64,000 bases of DNA from Takakia lepidozioides (lineage: Eukaryota > Plantae > Bryophyta): the NCBI GenBank assembly GCA_030704615.1, contig CM060732.1, positions 18,786,001 through 18,850,000 of the forward strand. Direction: 5' to 3'. Below are positions 12,949 through 26,675 of this stretch, piece after piece. The first letter of the stretch is position 1. Each line of letters opens with the position of its first letter. The translations under genes and the position numbers were made by a program. The notes below the pieces were generated by a model, which did no database searches, was not told where the DNA came from, and worked only from the letters and a program-made list of their open reading frames with translations.

Positions 12949-15710
12949 GGAAGGAAAAGGAAAGTAGGGACACAGCCGCCTCCAACACCGCAGAGTGAGG
13001 ATAAGAAAAAGGAGGATGAAGACAATACTCACTATGAGGAGAAGACCAATGAACTCATGGGATACCGGAAAGTTAACTCTGCCCAAGTGATCAAATCCAC
13101 GATAGTTCATGGGGGGAGGCTAATATTGATACCTTTGTGCAGAATGATTTCTATGCCAATAATCCATCCAGCCCTGACACAAGACATCAAAAAATTAGAG
13201 GCCAATTTTGCTCATGGATATAGGCTAGGGTCCCATGTATTCTATGTGATTCAAATGGCAAAAGAGGCTTTGGTAGATGAGTCTGTCATTGCCACTTGGG
13301 ATCCAATATGGTGAGAGGTGAACTAGGCTTTCAAGGCGCACCTCTCTAAGAGATCCTTCACTCAGCATTTTATGAGAAAATGTTTCACGTATGGGATGAC
13401 AACCACAAGTTGCTCGCATGGATGAACTCCATCTCAAGGATGTCTCCATCGGAAGAAGACTGGCACTATCCTAGTGGCCTCAATGGTAACAGACCATCGT
13501 GGAAATATAACCCAACTAATGAGACGATGCACGACATGAACAAGTAAGACCTCCCTCGTTTATGTTTCCTATCCGTAGTGTTTTTCTCTAAGTAAAACGC
13601 ATGGTTCAGTTGATCGCTAACTGTTCGGTTGCTTTGGCTATAGGGGGACCGAGACTTCCCATGTCACTACAAATATGGTGCATACATTGTGCACGATGTG
13701 GAGGATTGGGAAAATGTTTTTCATAAAATTCAAAAACATAATTTCTTCGGAGGCATATAAAAAATATGAGAGCTCGAAGACATTTGACACATGGTATAAG
13801 TTGACGAGGGAGGCTTTCCTCGTGTACATGTACACGGTGAGTTTATCACATATCTATCAACTTTTTTTCCTTTCCTATCTATTCTTGTGTGAATTGAATG
13901 CCAACAATTGTGATACAACAATTGTAAACAATGTGTCGTGTAGCAAAAAATAGCGGAGGCAAGTGAGCACGGGAAAGCCGAGTACTATGCTTTTGTGCCT
14001 GAAGAGAGGAGGTCTGCTAAGGGAGTGGAGGATGGGACGTAGCTAGGTCATGAGCCCAGCCCCGTGAGCCTAAGAACTGGGCTCACACTTTGGCCTCTAA
14101 GCGTGAGCGCATGGTGGTGACGTTGGAGAAGGAGGCCATATAGCTGAGGAAGCGACAAACAACGCCTTTGACTATGAAAAAAGTTACTATTTTCAGCTTG
14201 AAACAATTTATCTGAAGCCATGCAATGTCTTGCAAAAAATGCCAAATAAATGGGCTGGACACATAGAAAAAGCAGAAGTACAACATGCAATGGCTTCAAA
14301 GAGATAAACGAACATGCAATGGTTTTGATTCAACCCACCCCAAAATGGCCCAATGAAAATCCTACATAAATGTTCAGAATGAATTGTAGTGACTACGCTT
14401 CAAACAATCAAGTAGCAATCAAATGAGGAAAGTGGGTCCTCATTTGGGAAAAAGGTGTGCGGCAACGAAATGGTTGATGCATACCATTTTTCCAACCAAA
14501 ATTGGGCCATGCAAAATGATATGCGTTGACACATATTCCTTGAAGAAGAGGTGAAATAAAAACTTTGAAATTGCAATTAGGATTTGAAAAAAAAAAACCT
14601 TTGCGCTCCCGCGGTAATAGGTTCATTTGCGGTTCATTATAGGCCCACATACCTCCAGAACATGATGCTAGAACGTGAGGCTCATAGGCTCAAAGGCTCA
14701 CGGGGCCAAACTCACAATCTAGCATTCCCTTGGAGGATGCAATCACTTGGGAGAGGAATACGCAGCGGAAGTAGCTGATGAGTGCATTCGATAAGCAATT
14801 ACAAAGCACAGATCCCGCTTTCGGGCCACAGTTCTTGACCCAGGTCAAGGTTCACTCCAAAACAAGCACAGTAAACCAGAGATGACACGAGAGAAGCTCC
14901 ATATACTCTCACTCTCTATAACGGTTGTTGAGCTAGGGCAGAAGGTTATAAGATGGCTCAAGATATGGAATTCAGATCCAACTGGATACTCACATGTTTC
15001 CAAATGTGAGAAGGAAAAGATGACAAGAAGCACAAGACCGTTTAGGGACCAAGTATTTGACACATGGTTGCACAAAGCAACGTTCTAGAGTCAGATGAGC
15101 ATTTCAACTTCTGCAACTATTATTGTGATTGTGTCTGAATCGTCTGCTATTTCACATGGATACTGACCTCCATCCATGATTGCTAAAACAATCTCTTCTT
15201 AGGTTTATGTCCGCAAGTGAAAAACAATAATTTTGAGCAATTGCTTTTTCAAAGAGTTTCACAAGGAAGGTGGTCTAACACGCACGCATTATTTTGAGAT
15301 CCATTACAATGGAGAAGCTACAATGGAAAGAGTTATGTACAGGTTCTTTCCTATTCTTCTCCCACTTTGTTTTTATGTGCTTTCGTGTGCTGTCAGTTAC
15401 TTCCCTTGAACTCCAAGGGTAAGGGCCCATCTGAAATGCGTGCATCAATGCACACATTTTTGGATGGACAATTTTTCTCTGTCCAAAGGCACATTTTTCC
15501 CAATCTTGCGGTGGAAGTAGGCTCTGAATTGCGTTTGATGCACACACTTCAGATGGGCTCTGTATCCTACCTCTCTGAGGTTCATATAACCCCTTTGTTG
15601 CGATTCTAGAGTATCGTTTCATGGATACCATGTAGGGATATACGAACATCCTGGCAACTCTTGACTTTGGAGCCGAGGGAATCACAGAGATGGTGAGGTC
15701 TCTCAGAATT
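12949..15710 (+). pseudogene. Decayed paralog (copy 1) of the ParB/Srx-like-domain gene; methyltransferase half not found
   Basis: GRLILIPLCRMISMPIIHPALTQDIKKLEANFAHGYRLGSHVFYV, MFHVWDDNHKLLAWM, MHDMNK|gt, TWYKLTREAFLVYMYT|gt, KVIRWLKIWNS and VFDTWLHKATF align with 42049-43776 at the same intron positions. It has stops, frameshifts and a MITE insertion. Confidence 0.85.
14035..14730. mobile_element. Non-autonomous Mutator-like MITE (~0.7 kb) with 9-bp TSD
   Basis: TGGAGGATG is duplicated at 14026-14034 and 14731-14739. The imperfect TIRs share gctag..tgag...gccccgtgagcct. Removing the element rejoins the host frame (AKGVED|AITW). The left end matches the MULE end at 31300-31390. Confidence 0.85.
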
Positions 15711-17526
15711 GTGTGCGTTGACGCACGCAATTTCTATGCTTTCATCTCTGTGACTCATTGTAGGGTCGTAAAGGTCCAATATAGTGGAAAGTAGGCAGTC
15801 TATGTTCTCCTTTGTGGTTTTTGATAAAGTCAATGTGTTATTTCTAATGACATGTTGCTTGTTTGTATTCTTTGCTTTTGTGTTTTGTGAAAATGTTATG
15901 CTCTCTTGCTCCGAGAATTCCACACTGCCGACTTAGACATTGTTATATTTGTTCAGGTTCCATTGTTCTTAGGGACCTAAGGGCAAGCGCACTCGAGGAA
16001 GTCACTTCCATTTTTTTCAAAATGGCATGCAAAAAAATATAAGATAACAGTCTCGTACGTTGTCGGAAAGGCATATTTAAAAAGCCAAATCCACGCCTCC
16101 TAATCGGCGGCGACTTCACAAGATAGTATGTTCCCTACAATATCCATTGCGTCGATATTGTGGATATGGTAGTTGGAGTCAAGCGACCCCCTTTTCAACA
16201 AATGCTGTAAGTTTGAAACTTGAATATCGTCTTCTTCGACAGAGACTGCCCTCCAATCGCCATCGGAAAAATCCCTGCACTTCAGTTTGCAACCCACAGC
16301 TGTGCGTTCTAGCATTCGATGGCCCTCCCCGTAACTCCCGAATGCTTTGATCTAATTCCCCGATTCTGTGATCCTTCATCGCTGATCCCTCCTCCAACTC
16401 TCCAATTCTCCGTTCAAGCCTTCTTTTGAACTCCAGCTGATGAGTGATGGCTCTTGCGGAATCCGTCTACCTCTTGACGGCTGATACATGTGATTCTCAT
16501 CGATCTTCTCCATCGCCTCCTTAACCAGAAGTGCACACATTGTCGTCAAAGTTGCGTCTTTCTCCCCCACAGCTTGTCTCAAAGAAGTAAGCTGACTAGA
16601 AATCCCCATCTCCACCTTCTGGTCTATCAATTCCACGACGACAATCCCAGCCCAGTCCTCAAAGGTACCATGCTCCGGAAGCGTTGGAACAGGTCGGGCA
16701 CTCAAATCACTTACCCGAATTCCTGAGATTTACAATACCCCTCATCACCCATCAGAGCAAAACAAGGCAAAGACAATTTCAGAGCTTCAAAACATCGACC
16801 AGCAACAACGTAGACAATTGATTCGTAGAATGTACCTGGTAGAAAACTACTCCACTTAGTAAAACAAGATGTCACAAAGTGCGCCAGAATAGATGCTCAA
16901 ATGGACTGCTTCCGATCCACAAACCAGTAGTGCACCAATGGAACCTCAGAGAAGACACACTCTACAGCGTCATACTCAACCTTTCCTCCTCCAGAACTCC
17001 CAACAGCTAAATCGCCCAAGCTCTCTACTAACACTTACCCTCCGCTTCCACCACCACCTCCTACATCCCTTTCTTCTTCTTACCCATCTTTCGAGCTCTT
17101 CTCAATATCTACACACAAGTGGCCATATGAATAAACTAAATCTGGTGTAGTGAAAGAGCTAGATATCATATCATATAACCTAAGAAATGAACGCTTTGGA
17201 GACTTACTTGCAGGTCACGAGAAAGAGCCGTGGTTGGGATACGAGAGAAAGCGGTAGCGGCAGCTGCAATCCGGCTCTCTCCTTCTGAATAAGTTGACAA
17301 TCTGCATCAGTAGCATTCTCTGCTTTGATTACAACAATCTTGCTGCACAACATAAACATTGATTGTGAATGGACCATACCCGTTGGAATGGAGTGAAGTT
17401 CAAGAAAATTTGAAGGAATGAACGTGTTAAAGACTTACCAGTAGGTAACGAGAGAGAGCCCCAATTGAGATCCAAGCAATAGCGGTAACCAAACCAACAC
17501 CACACCGGCTCTTTGTGCTTGGACAA

Positions 17527-18228
17527 TGTATCGAAGTAGTAATTTTAATATTATTTATATTCAGAAATTATGACGAAATGATGAACATACAATATATGTA
17601 TCACGGACATAGCCCAAAAGAACTTACCAGGAGTAAATACCAAAAATTACCAAGTTACCATATTACCAAAAGTTACCATAATTTATTGTAATTTACTATG
17701 ATCTACCATAATTTACCATTAGTTACCATTAGTTACCAAGTTACCAAGAAATTACCAAATTACCGAGAGTAACTTGGGAAACTGCTCAGGAAGCTTCTTT
17801 TGGAGGACCATCAAGAAACCTTTGTTTAAAGAAACTTCTCCATCAAGAAACCTCCATTGGGGAAGCTTCTTAGGGAACTTCCTAGTAGCTAGTATATATA
17901 GGAGGCAAGACTAGACACTCCTAAGTCTCGCCCACACAAGTTCAAGCTACTCTTGTTTCCAATCTCAATACTCCAGTCCAGCTTCCGGAGAGAGTTGGAG
18001 TTCCCAGATAAAAAATACTTCAAAACCGCCATTCTCCCCCACCGGACTGGGTTCGAATCCCCTAGATGATGCAAGAGAGATATGCGCGGTGCAATTTGAT
18101 GATCCTATTCTAAAACAGCCTTGGAAGGACTTTGGTTCTAAATGCTAGGGCCTCGACTCGAGCTCGGACGGGCCTAAATGCCCCTAAACAGGAAGCATCT
18201 AGGAGGGCTAAAGAGCAGATCCCGCGTC
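17527..18228 (+). repeat. LTR-like or other TE-derived non-coding segment with TTACCA-rich repeats
   Basis: TG...CA bounded, with a TTACCA array at 17625-17765 and TATATATAGG at ~17893. No partner LTR or TSD found, so boundaries are a guess. Confidence 0.3.
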
Positions 18229-19344
18229 AACGGAAAAGATTGGATACATTCTGAACCTCAGAGGACCACACTCTGATAACTATCTTCATGACTCGTAGGA
18301 TCGCAGAGTTCATGGTGAGACATCTAAAAAGATTGGATACTTTCTGAACCTCAGAGGACCACACTCTGGTAATAGACGGACCAACATATGCTAATCCTAA
18401 TGCTAAAAATGTCATAGGCCCTTCTGGGTTTTCCTGTGCCGAACATCCTTCACTCATGTGAGGGGAGCAGCAACCACTGCTCTACAACTCACCTTTTACC
18501 TCCTCACTGCTTCTGACTTTTCTCTCTCTTCGAGGAATGCTGCAGCGGGGCAAGGTGAAAATGACAAAAGGTTTAAGGTTATAATCCCCGTGCGGGAAGT
18601 CGCTGTGCCCCATGTAGGAAGCATCAGTATACTGCGGAGTGCTTGATGCAACAAGCACTTACTTTTTCTCGAGATATGCTTTGAGCAAACACAGATATAT
18701 TCTGTGATAAAAGACAAGTAATGATCGACAGTGTGCATTGAACAAGAGTGCATATATTAGCCATCCCATTGTTTCCATTCCTGCACCTGTGGTTCTTCAC
18801 TTGGTGAAGAAGAAAAATAGAAAAACTCACAACACGTTATTAGTAACGAAGATGTATGAAGTCTTTTACATTGGCAATTGGATGGTCATAGCTTTCATAG
18901 CTTATGCCATATCAACAAATTTCTAATTCTACAATGTGGGTTAGATTACTGCACTCTATGTGCCCCGCATCCCAAGGTCTTTCCTTGTGAATTCCAATAA
19001 CTACCCAGAACATAAGTGGAGAACAAATCACCTCTTTACTGCAACAACGTTGCCCCACATCCCAAGGTCTACCTTTGGAATTCCAATAAAGGGTGTACAA
19101 CAACCTAACGGGTAAGAGTCCTATTGACCTCTTCCCAGTGGAGAAGTTTCATTGGATGATTGCAACTTAGTTGCCCTGTACTCCACCTGTTATGGAGCTC
19201 CAATATCCAATGAATCATGGATAGGAAATACCAATATCTCCTTCCGAAAAACGGGTAGAAATCCTAAAGATCTCTCCCGACAGGGCAAAGGCCACTAAGA
19301 TCTCCCTTAGCACCTTTCCCTTAATGGGGAAAATAATTCATTGG

Positions 19345-21419
19345 TTAAAGGAACTCACATGTAGTGTGCTTGCACCGGACACCGTTCACCAGATTGGGGA
19401 ACTCCACTCCCCTCAGTGTCTCCAATTGTAATGAGCCGTTGTCAAAGACTGTCTTGACAAGATAGGGCCCCATCCAGTATGAGTCGAACTTGGCCTTCAA
19501 TTCCTCGTTCCGACTGTCGAACAATAATACCAGATCTCCTGGATCAAAAATCCTCTTTTTGCGCTTCAGGTCATACCGAGCCTTCCTCCTTCGCTGGACA
19601 GCCTCAATGTGTTGAGCTGCTGCCTGCCGGGGCTCGTCTAACCCCTCCAGCATCTCGAGTCGTTCTTTCAGGGACTTGGATGTTGCCAATCTCTCGGTGA
19701 TGGCCAGTCGCAATGAGGGAATCTTTGTTTCGATGGGCATAATGGACTCCACCCCGTAAACCAATGAAAAGGGGGTGTGTCAAGTGGTTACCTTATGTGT
19801 AGTGCAAAACACCCACAAAGCTAAGATCAACTTGGTGTCCCAGTCCCGCTTGTGCTCCCTAATTGTTTTGGAGAGGATGTTACACAAGGTCTGATTGGTG
19901 CGCTCTACCTGACCACTTGTCTGAGGGTGATAGGGGGTAGCCTTGCGATGCTTGATGGAGAATGCTGCCATCATTTCTTCGATGACGTCGTTAATAAAGT
20001 GAGAGTCCCTGTCACTCACTATCTCCTTAGGGCATCCGAATCGGAAAATAATATTTTCATAAATGAAAGAGGCGGTTACTTGGGCGTTGGCCCTCTTGAC
20101 CGCCTTGGCCTCTGCCCACTTGGTCAAATACTCAGTGGCTACGATGATGTAGCGATTTTGTCGACTTGAAGCGGGGTGCACTTCCCCTACATAGTTGATT
20201 CCCCACTTCTCAAACGGAGCAAGGGGGAGAGTGGGAACTAACGACATTCCAAGCCTGTTATCCCTTTTAGCGTACCTCTGGCAAGAGTCGCATTTTTGCA
20301 CATGTATGTGCGCATCTTTGAACATGGAGGGTCAGTAATATCCTGACCTCAAAGCCTTTTGGACTGTGAGTCGCCCTGCAAAGTGTCCTCCGCACATGTT
20401 GTCATGAGCTGACTCTAAAATCTGGGGAGCCTCCTCTGGAGTGATGCATCGCCTCAAGAGTCCATCCAATCCCCTCCTATAAAGTTGCCCTCCCACAAGG
20501 GCAAACTTCATACTGCGCAATCGAAGTCGTCTTCGTGCGTGTCGATCCATTCCTGGTGGAAATTCCAGGGTGCTAAGATACTGAGCAATGTGCTCGTACC
20601 AAGGAGGAACCGTCTCAATCGAGAATAAGAAGGCATCCGGAAAATCATCGTCAATAGGCTCATCCGCCATCTTCTCTGACAACCGCGAGAGATGGTCGGC
20701 CTGGGCGTTCAGCCTTCCCGGTTTGTAGACTACCTTGTAGTCGAATTCCTGAAGTTAAATGACCCATCTTGTTATTCTCCCTGTCAGGTCAGGTTTGTTG
20801 ATCAAGTATCGCAATGTCATGTGATCAACAAAGAATATAGATGGGGTCTCCAATAAATAATGCAGATACTTCTTTACGGCAAAAATCATTCCCAGAGCCT
20901 CTCGCTTTGTGGTGCTATACCTAGTCTCAGCAAATGTCAGCTGTCGACTGGCGAAAGATATCGGATGATCATGGCCATCAGCGTCTGGTTGGCAAAGGGC
21001 ACATCCTACTGCCACCGCTGAAGCATCAACATAAACATGAAAAGGCGTGTTCCAATCCAGAGCTGCCAAGACTGGTGTAGACACCAACCGTTCCTTGAGC
21101 ATTTCAAAAGACTCCTGACACCCTGCATCCCAGGAGAATACCTGGTTCTTTTTCAATAGTTGAGTCAGAGGTAATGCCTCTGCTGCATACTTGTCCATAA
21201 ATTTCCTATACCACCCTGTGTGGCCAAGGAATCCCTTCACTTTGGACGACGTCTCTGGTGCGGGAAGCTCGACAATGGCGCTTACTTTTGCTGGGTCTGC
21301 GCCACGCCGTCTCTGGACACTATGTGTCCCAGGAGCAGTCCATGTGTGACTGCGAATACGCACTTCATTGGATTAAGAGATATCCCATTTTCTTTGCACC
21401 GGATGAAGCATACTTGTAG
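19345..21419 (-). mobile_element. Ty3/Gypsy retrotransposon A, 3' half of pol (end of RT, RNase H, integrase), decayed
   Basis: RT end ISLNPMKC..LLGHIVS..DPAKV; RNase H FHVYVDASAVAVGCAL and YSTTKREAL; integrase H-x-GGHF..CDSCQ, IVSD, YHPQTSGQVERTN and GPY motif (YWMGPYLV). Stops and frameshifts present. Confidence 0.93.
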
Positions 21420-22050
21420 TGTCGCGCACCTCACTTCGGTAAGCTCCCCCTCAAGTCATAGTTACTCGCTTTGATGTGCGCGCCTGACTCCCAACCTGGC
21501 CGCCGGGCCAACTTGGAGCTTCGGCTTGCTCACCGGGGCATAACGGTCCCCCTTTGTTCTCCCAAAGAACCCTCCACCGATTTGGAACCAGCGGGAATTC
21601 CCTTTGGTAGTGGCGGTCCGGAACAGCTCCCCACTCTTTGGTCGCTTTCCGGCTCGCCCGCTTACTCATTAGTTTTTGGTCACCAACGGGCTTGCACCGT
21701 TCTCGGGGTTACTACTCCCTATATATATATACTTCTGTAGCTGTCCGCGGGGGTTTCACAACCAGCCATGCCATTTTATGGCGAACCACCACGAAAACCC
21801 TCGACTCCCGGTGATGAGTCGCGGTGAGTCTTGGCCCACTCACCACGGCCCCTATGGACCGTGATGAGTCCCAAGACTCCCCACGACTCCCACCACGAGG
21901 TCTCCGCCCCCATGGTGAGTCCTATGCCACCCCCACTAAGTCCCGCTAAGCTACCACCACCCCTTGTGGAGCCACCCCCACCGCAACCCGGTGTGCGGGG
22001 CTCCACCTAGTGAGCGCCTCCGCCTCCTTGGGTGCCTTGGGCACTCAAGG
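21420..22050 (-). repeat. Truncated LTR-like fragment abutting the broken RT of Gypsy A
   Basis: The RT sequence switches sharply to TGTCGCGCACC at 21420, a TG/CA-type terminus. There is a TATA-like (TA)n at ~21720 and GC-rich repeated motifs. The other terminus was not found. Confidence 0.45.
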
Positions 22051-25000
22051 GTGCTTTTTTGAGTTCATTGGGGTCTTCACGTCTGTCCAAAAACATTGTC
22101 GATCACACCTCTGAACTGTGTGCGCCAACGCACTCAGTTTCCAGGTTAGACTTAATGTGATTCTCAGAATTCATAAGAGATCTCACTATGGAATAAACGC
22201 ACTTTCTATCTACCGTTCACCTCAGTCAATAGCAACTCAGTGATTCCATGGAGCTCAGAAATTGAGTGCGGTGGCGCACTCAGTTCAGGGTGACCACTCC
22301 ACTGTCTCTTGGACCTAAACTGTGAACATCACCTTCCTCTTTCCCTAATGCCCAAGCGATCGCCCAACATCCAGTTGAACTGAGTGCGCCACCGCACTCA
22401 GTTTCCCTGTGTCCCTCTCAGGCTTCCGTTTCAGATCCTGCTGCCTCTAAGACGTACTTATTCACCTCGGCCTACAATGGAAGTGATAGAGCTCCCCTCA
22501 AAACTGAGTGCGGTGCCGCACCCAATTTTCAGGGGATCTCTCGTATCCTGTCTATGCCACTTGGTACGACAGTCAAGCGAGATTCATGCAGTTTGGGAGA
22601 AGGATTACCCTGGGTTTCATGACACCACTTCCCGATGCCTCGTTCAAGCTTGACATTGGTTGTGTTTCTGTCGAGAAAGAGATCTATGACTTGGAGGGAA
22701 ACGTTCAAAGAACGTTGTTCCAGAAACCGCACGTTGCACAGAAACACAAGGAATGGAGAGTTCTTCCTGGAAAATATCGTGTGTTCCGAAGTGAAAGGAG
22801 ACAATCCGGTGGCTCCATTGTGACTCCTGAGACAGAAGCCTCTGTCGTTCAAGGAAAGCGGCATGTGACTGTGAAGCAGGAGGACACCACTTCAACAACT
22901 TTTGTGACACTGTCGGATTCCTCGGATGATGAATTGGCGGAAATACTAGCTCCCATGAACAGTCTTCTTGAAGGGGACGTCGATGTTCAGGAAATCATTA
23001 GCGTCATCCCACATCTGAAAGCATTGTCAGGAAAACCAGGATCCAAAAACGAGATCGCAGGGATACTGTGGGATTCATTCGCAACAAAAAGGGTTCTTTT
23101 CCTTCCACCTTCCTTTGACGGTGACATCCTCTTTGAACTGAATCCACCAACTTGTGTTGGGGGCCTTGCAGGTCTCTTGTAAGGAATTGATAAAAAGCAT
23201 GACGGCCATCCATGGTGCAGAACCAAAACGTCCAATATCCACAACGGTGTAAACTTGACATTCAGAAGGAGCGTTTGTGTGGGGCATCTGAGATGTGTGA
23301 ATGCAAGTTGCATGCGTTTCATGAAGAGCGGTGCTAAAAATGAGAGTGAGTGGGAAGGACTCTCCGACAATCTTTTTATCCCAAGCTGTGCCCCACCGTC
23401 TGCCAATACATTTGTTTGTAAGTTCTGCAAGGTGGCCCCCTCCTGCATTGCACATTGTTCTGCTCGCATGTACTACGTTACTCACCGTTGCAAAACCATG
23501 ACTCGAGCCTACATTCATTTTGGGACTCACGACCATCATGTGTCTCACGGCGATTGCAGAGATAGTGTGGAGTTGGCGCGTGGGCTTGTCGTGGAGGAGT
23601 TTGCAAAGTCCCCTTCAGCCAAACCATCTGCCATAGCGCTGGCTGCCAGCAAAAGTTTCCTAGAGAGGCACATTCTGGGGCAAGGAAGCGAATCCAGCTC
23701 AAGACTTGAGGGGGCGTCTTTGGATGCAGTGATGGATCACTTCTCCATGTTGAGCTCCCCCAATATTAGGAATCAGGTGAATGAATTGAGAGTGCGCGGT
23801 GGAAACACAGGGTCCATCGACACCATTATGGAGCTCAAGTGAATAAGTCAATATGACTTTATCCAATCTAGTGTCTTCTCGGGTCAGGGGTCTTCAAATA
23901 TTTACTTGTTCAAGATGTCTATGGTGGGCGAGGGCAGTGGCGTCAGCCTGGCCAGACGTATGCAACCAGGGGGGGATCTGGAGAAAGCCTGGATGATGTT
24001 CGATCATTGTAAACGAGTGAAGGGCTGGACAACCATGTCTTGCCATGTTTACGACCCGAACTACCAAAGAATAATGACAATTGCCATCTCTGACATGCAA
24101 TCTGAAGATACAGAGTCCCAGATGATAATGTGGAATTGTTTGCTTTCAGTCATGGAGTCCAATGGACATACAGGCATAAATTTCAACGGGTTTATGGCGG
24201 ATAGTGCACAGGCTAACTTCAACACTGTGCGCCGAGTTTTTGGATCTGGTGATCCAAAGGTACCCATGCCTAATAGGGAGCGCACATGTCTATTCCACTG
24301 GACTCAGTCCCTGCAGAAACATACGAAGAGGTGCATCAGAAGAGATCTGCAGGCGGAGCACATGAGGCTCTGTTTCATGTACAAGAATGCGACTACAATG
24401 GAAGAGGCTGAGACCAGTACCAGACAGTGAGAGCATGGTGGTTCTCGTCAAGGGCTACTGATCAGGACGGTGTCAAAGAATTGGAAGACTGGGTGGTCTT
24501 TTGGCACTTCAGATACAGGCAATGGGGGGCTTTCATGACTACTGTAAGCTGCCTTTCACCTCTGCAATCCCTTGTATGTGCCCAGTTTCTTTCCTTGTTC
24601 CCAAAACAGTCCGCGCTTGCATGAATGACGCTCTTTCATTTTTCTTTCACAGGACATGTCCCTTGAGGACATTGCGGACATGCCGTCCTGCAACCTGGCA
24701 AAAAGCGTTCACGCCGCTTGGAAGCAGCAATCTAGTAAAGCAGGAAGAGATCTGTACATTGCTACAACAGATAATCTGGTACGATCTCTAACCCAGCAAA
24801 CAAGATATCGTGACTTCCTCAGGGGGCGATGTGGGGGCAAGGGACCAGATACAGCAGAGTTGATGCTGAGGGCTGCAAGAAGGTCCGGGGATCCAACGAA
24901 GATGGCAAAGGCGGTGAAGGCGAATGCCTCCGCGTGAGCCTGGCCGCGTGAGCGTGTGAGCGCGGCCAAGCTCATGCCACGTCACCGGTTCTCGCCACAT

Positions 25001-25169
25001 TGGCTCATGGGTCCGACGTCACGTTAGCAGTCTTCGCCAGCGTGGTTAACGCCACGTCACGCCTTGCCATGTCATTTCCACGGGCGTACCTATGACCGCG
25101 GACAGAACATGGAGAAAAGGGCCTATAGTCGCGGAATTGGTAGCCGTAGATTTTTTTTCTTTTTTTTTT

Positions 25170-26640
25170 TGCATTTGACATTCAGCATTTGGGTGGATGT
25201 GATGATCGGTGCCGATCATTACTTCTGGTTATTTATTTATTTATTTGCTTTTGACATTTGGCATTTGGGTGGATGTGATGATCGGTGCCGAAAATCACTT
25301 CTGTCGGTGCCGCCGATCATTTATTTATTTATTTTTAAATACTTTTCTTTCATTCGGCATTTGGGTGCCGACCATCACATCTGTCAGTGCCGCCGATCAT
25401 CACTCTCCGTTTTTTTTTTATTTATTTTTTCCTTGACATTCGGCATTTGGGTGGATATGATGGTCGGCACCAACCATCACTTCAGTCAGTGCCGCTCATC
25501 ATCACTTTCTGTTTGTTATTTTATTTTATTTTATTTTATTGGCTTTTGACATTCGGCATTTGGGCGGATGCGATGGTCCGTGCCGACCATCACTTCTACC
25601 AGTGCCGCCGATCATCATTTTTATTTTTATTTTTTTTGACATTCGGCATTTGGGTGGATGTGATGGTCGGCACCGACCATCACTTTTGTCGGTGCCGCTG
25701 ATCATCACTTTCTGTTTTTTTTTTTTTTTAATTATTTAATTGGCTTTTGACTTCGACATTTTGGCGGATGCAATGGTCGGTGCCGACCATCACTTCTGCC
25801 AGTGCCGCCGATCATCATTATTATTTTTATTATTTTTATTTTTAAATAATAATTTTAATTTGGCTTTTGACATTCGGCATTTGGGTGGATGTGATGATCG
25901 GTGCCGACCATCACTTCTATTACCGATCATCACCCTCCGTTTTATTTTTATTTTTATTTTTTATTTATTTTTTATTTATTTTTTATTTATTTTTTATTTT
26001 ATTTTTTATAGTTTCGACATTCGGCATTTGGGTGGATGTGATGGTCGGCACTGACCATCACTTTTGTCGGTGCCGCTGATCATCACTTTATGTTTTTCTT
26101 TTGTTTTTTTATTTTTTTGTTTTTTTTAAATTGGCTTTTGACATTCGGCATTTGGGCGGGTGCAATGGTCGGTGCCGACCATCACTTCTGCCAGTGCCGC
26201 CGATTATCATTTTTTATTTTTTATTTTATTTTATTTTTTAAGTAATAATTTTAATTTGGCTTTTGACATTCGGCATTTGGGTGGATGTGATGGTCGGTGC
26301 CGACCATCACTTTCTGTCATTGCCGCCGATCTTTTTTTTTGGCTTTTGACATTAGGGCGGATGCGATGGTCGGTGTCGACCATCACTTCTGTCAATGTCG
26401 CGGATGATCATCACTTTCTGTTTTTTTTTTTCTTTTTTTTTTTTTTCTTTTTTTTGGCTTTTGTTATTCGGCATTTGGGTGGATGTGATGGTCGGTGCCA
26501 CCGATCATCACTTTCCGATTTTATTTTATTTTATTTTTTAAATAAATTTAAGATGGCTTTTGACATTTGGCATTTGGGTGGATGCGATGGTCGGTGCCGA
26601 CCATCACTTCTGTCGGTGCCGCTGATCATCACTTCTATAT
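25170..26640. repeat. Array of ~14 units (~75-bp conserved core plus T-rich variable linkers), most with a 24-bp dyad
   Basis: Core TTTTGACATTCGGCATTTGGGTGGAT-GTGATGGTCGGTGCCGACCATCAC-TTCTGTCGGTGCCGCCGATCATCA, separated by poly-T/TTTTA tracts. Confidence 0.92.
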
Positions 26641-26675
26641 ATTTTATTGTTATTTTTATTTTGTTGTATGCCTAG

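Noticed and set aside
18230-19090. Two pairs of ~40-50-bp direct repeats with ~90-bp period
   Set aside because: They are real but ordinary TE-internal duplications, and they could not be assigned as LTRs.
25170-26640. CRISPR-like repeat-spacer array
   Set aside because: The spacers are low-complexity poly-T/TTTTA, the repeats are ~75 bp, there are no cas genes, and the context is a eukaryotic MULE interior.
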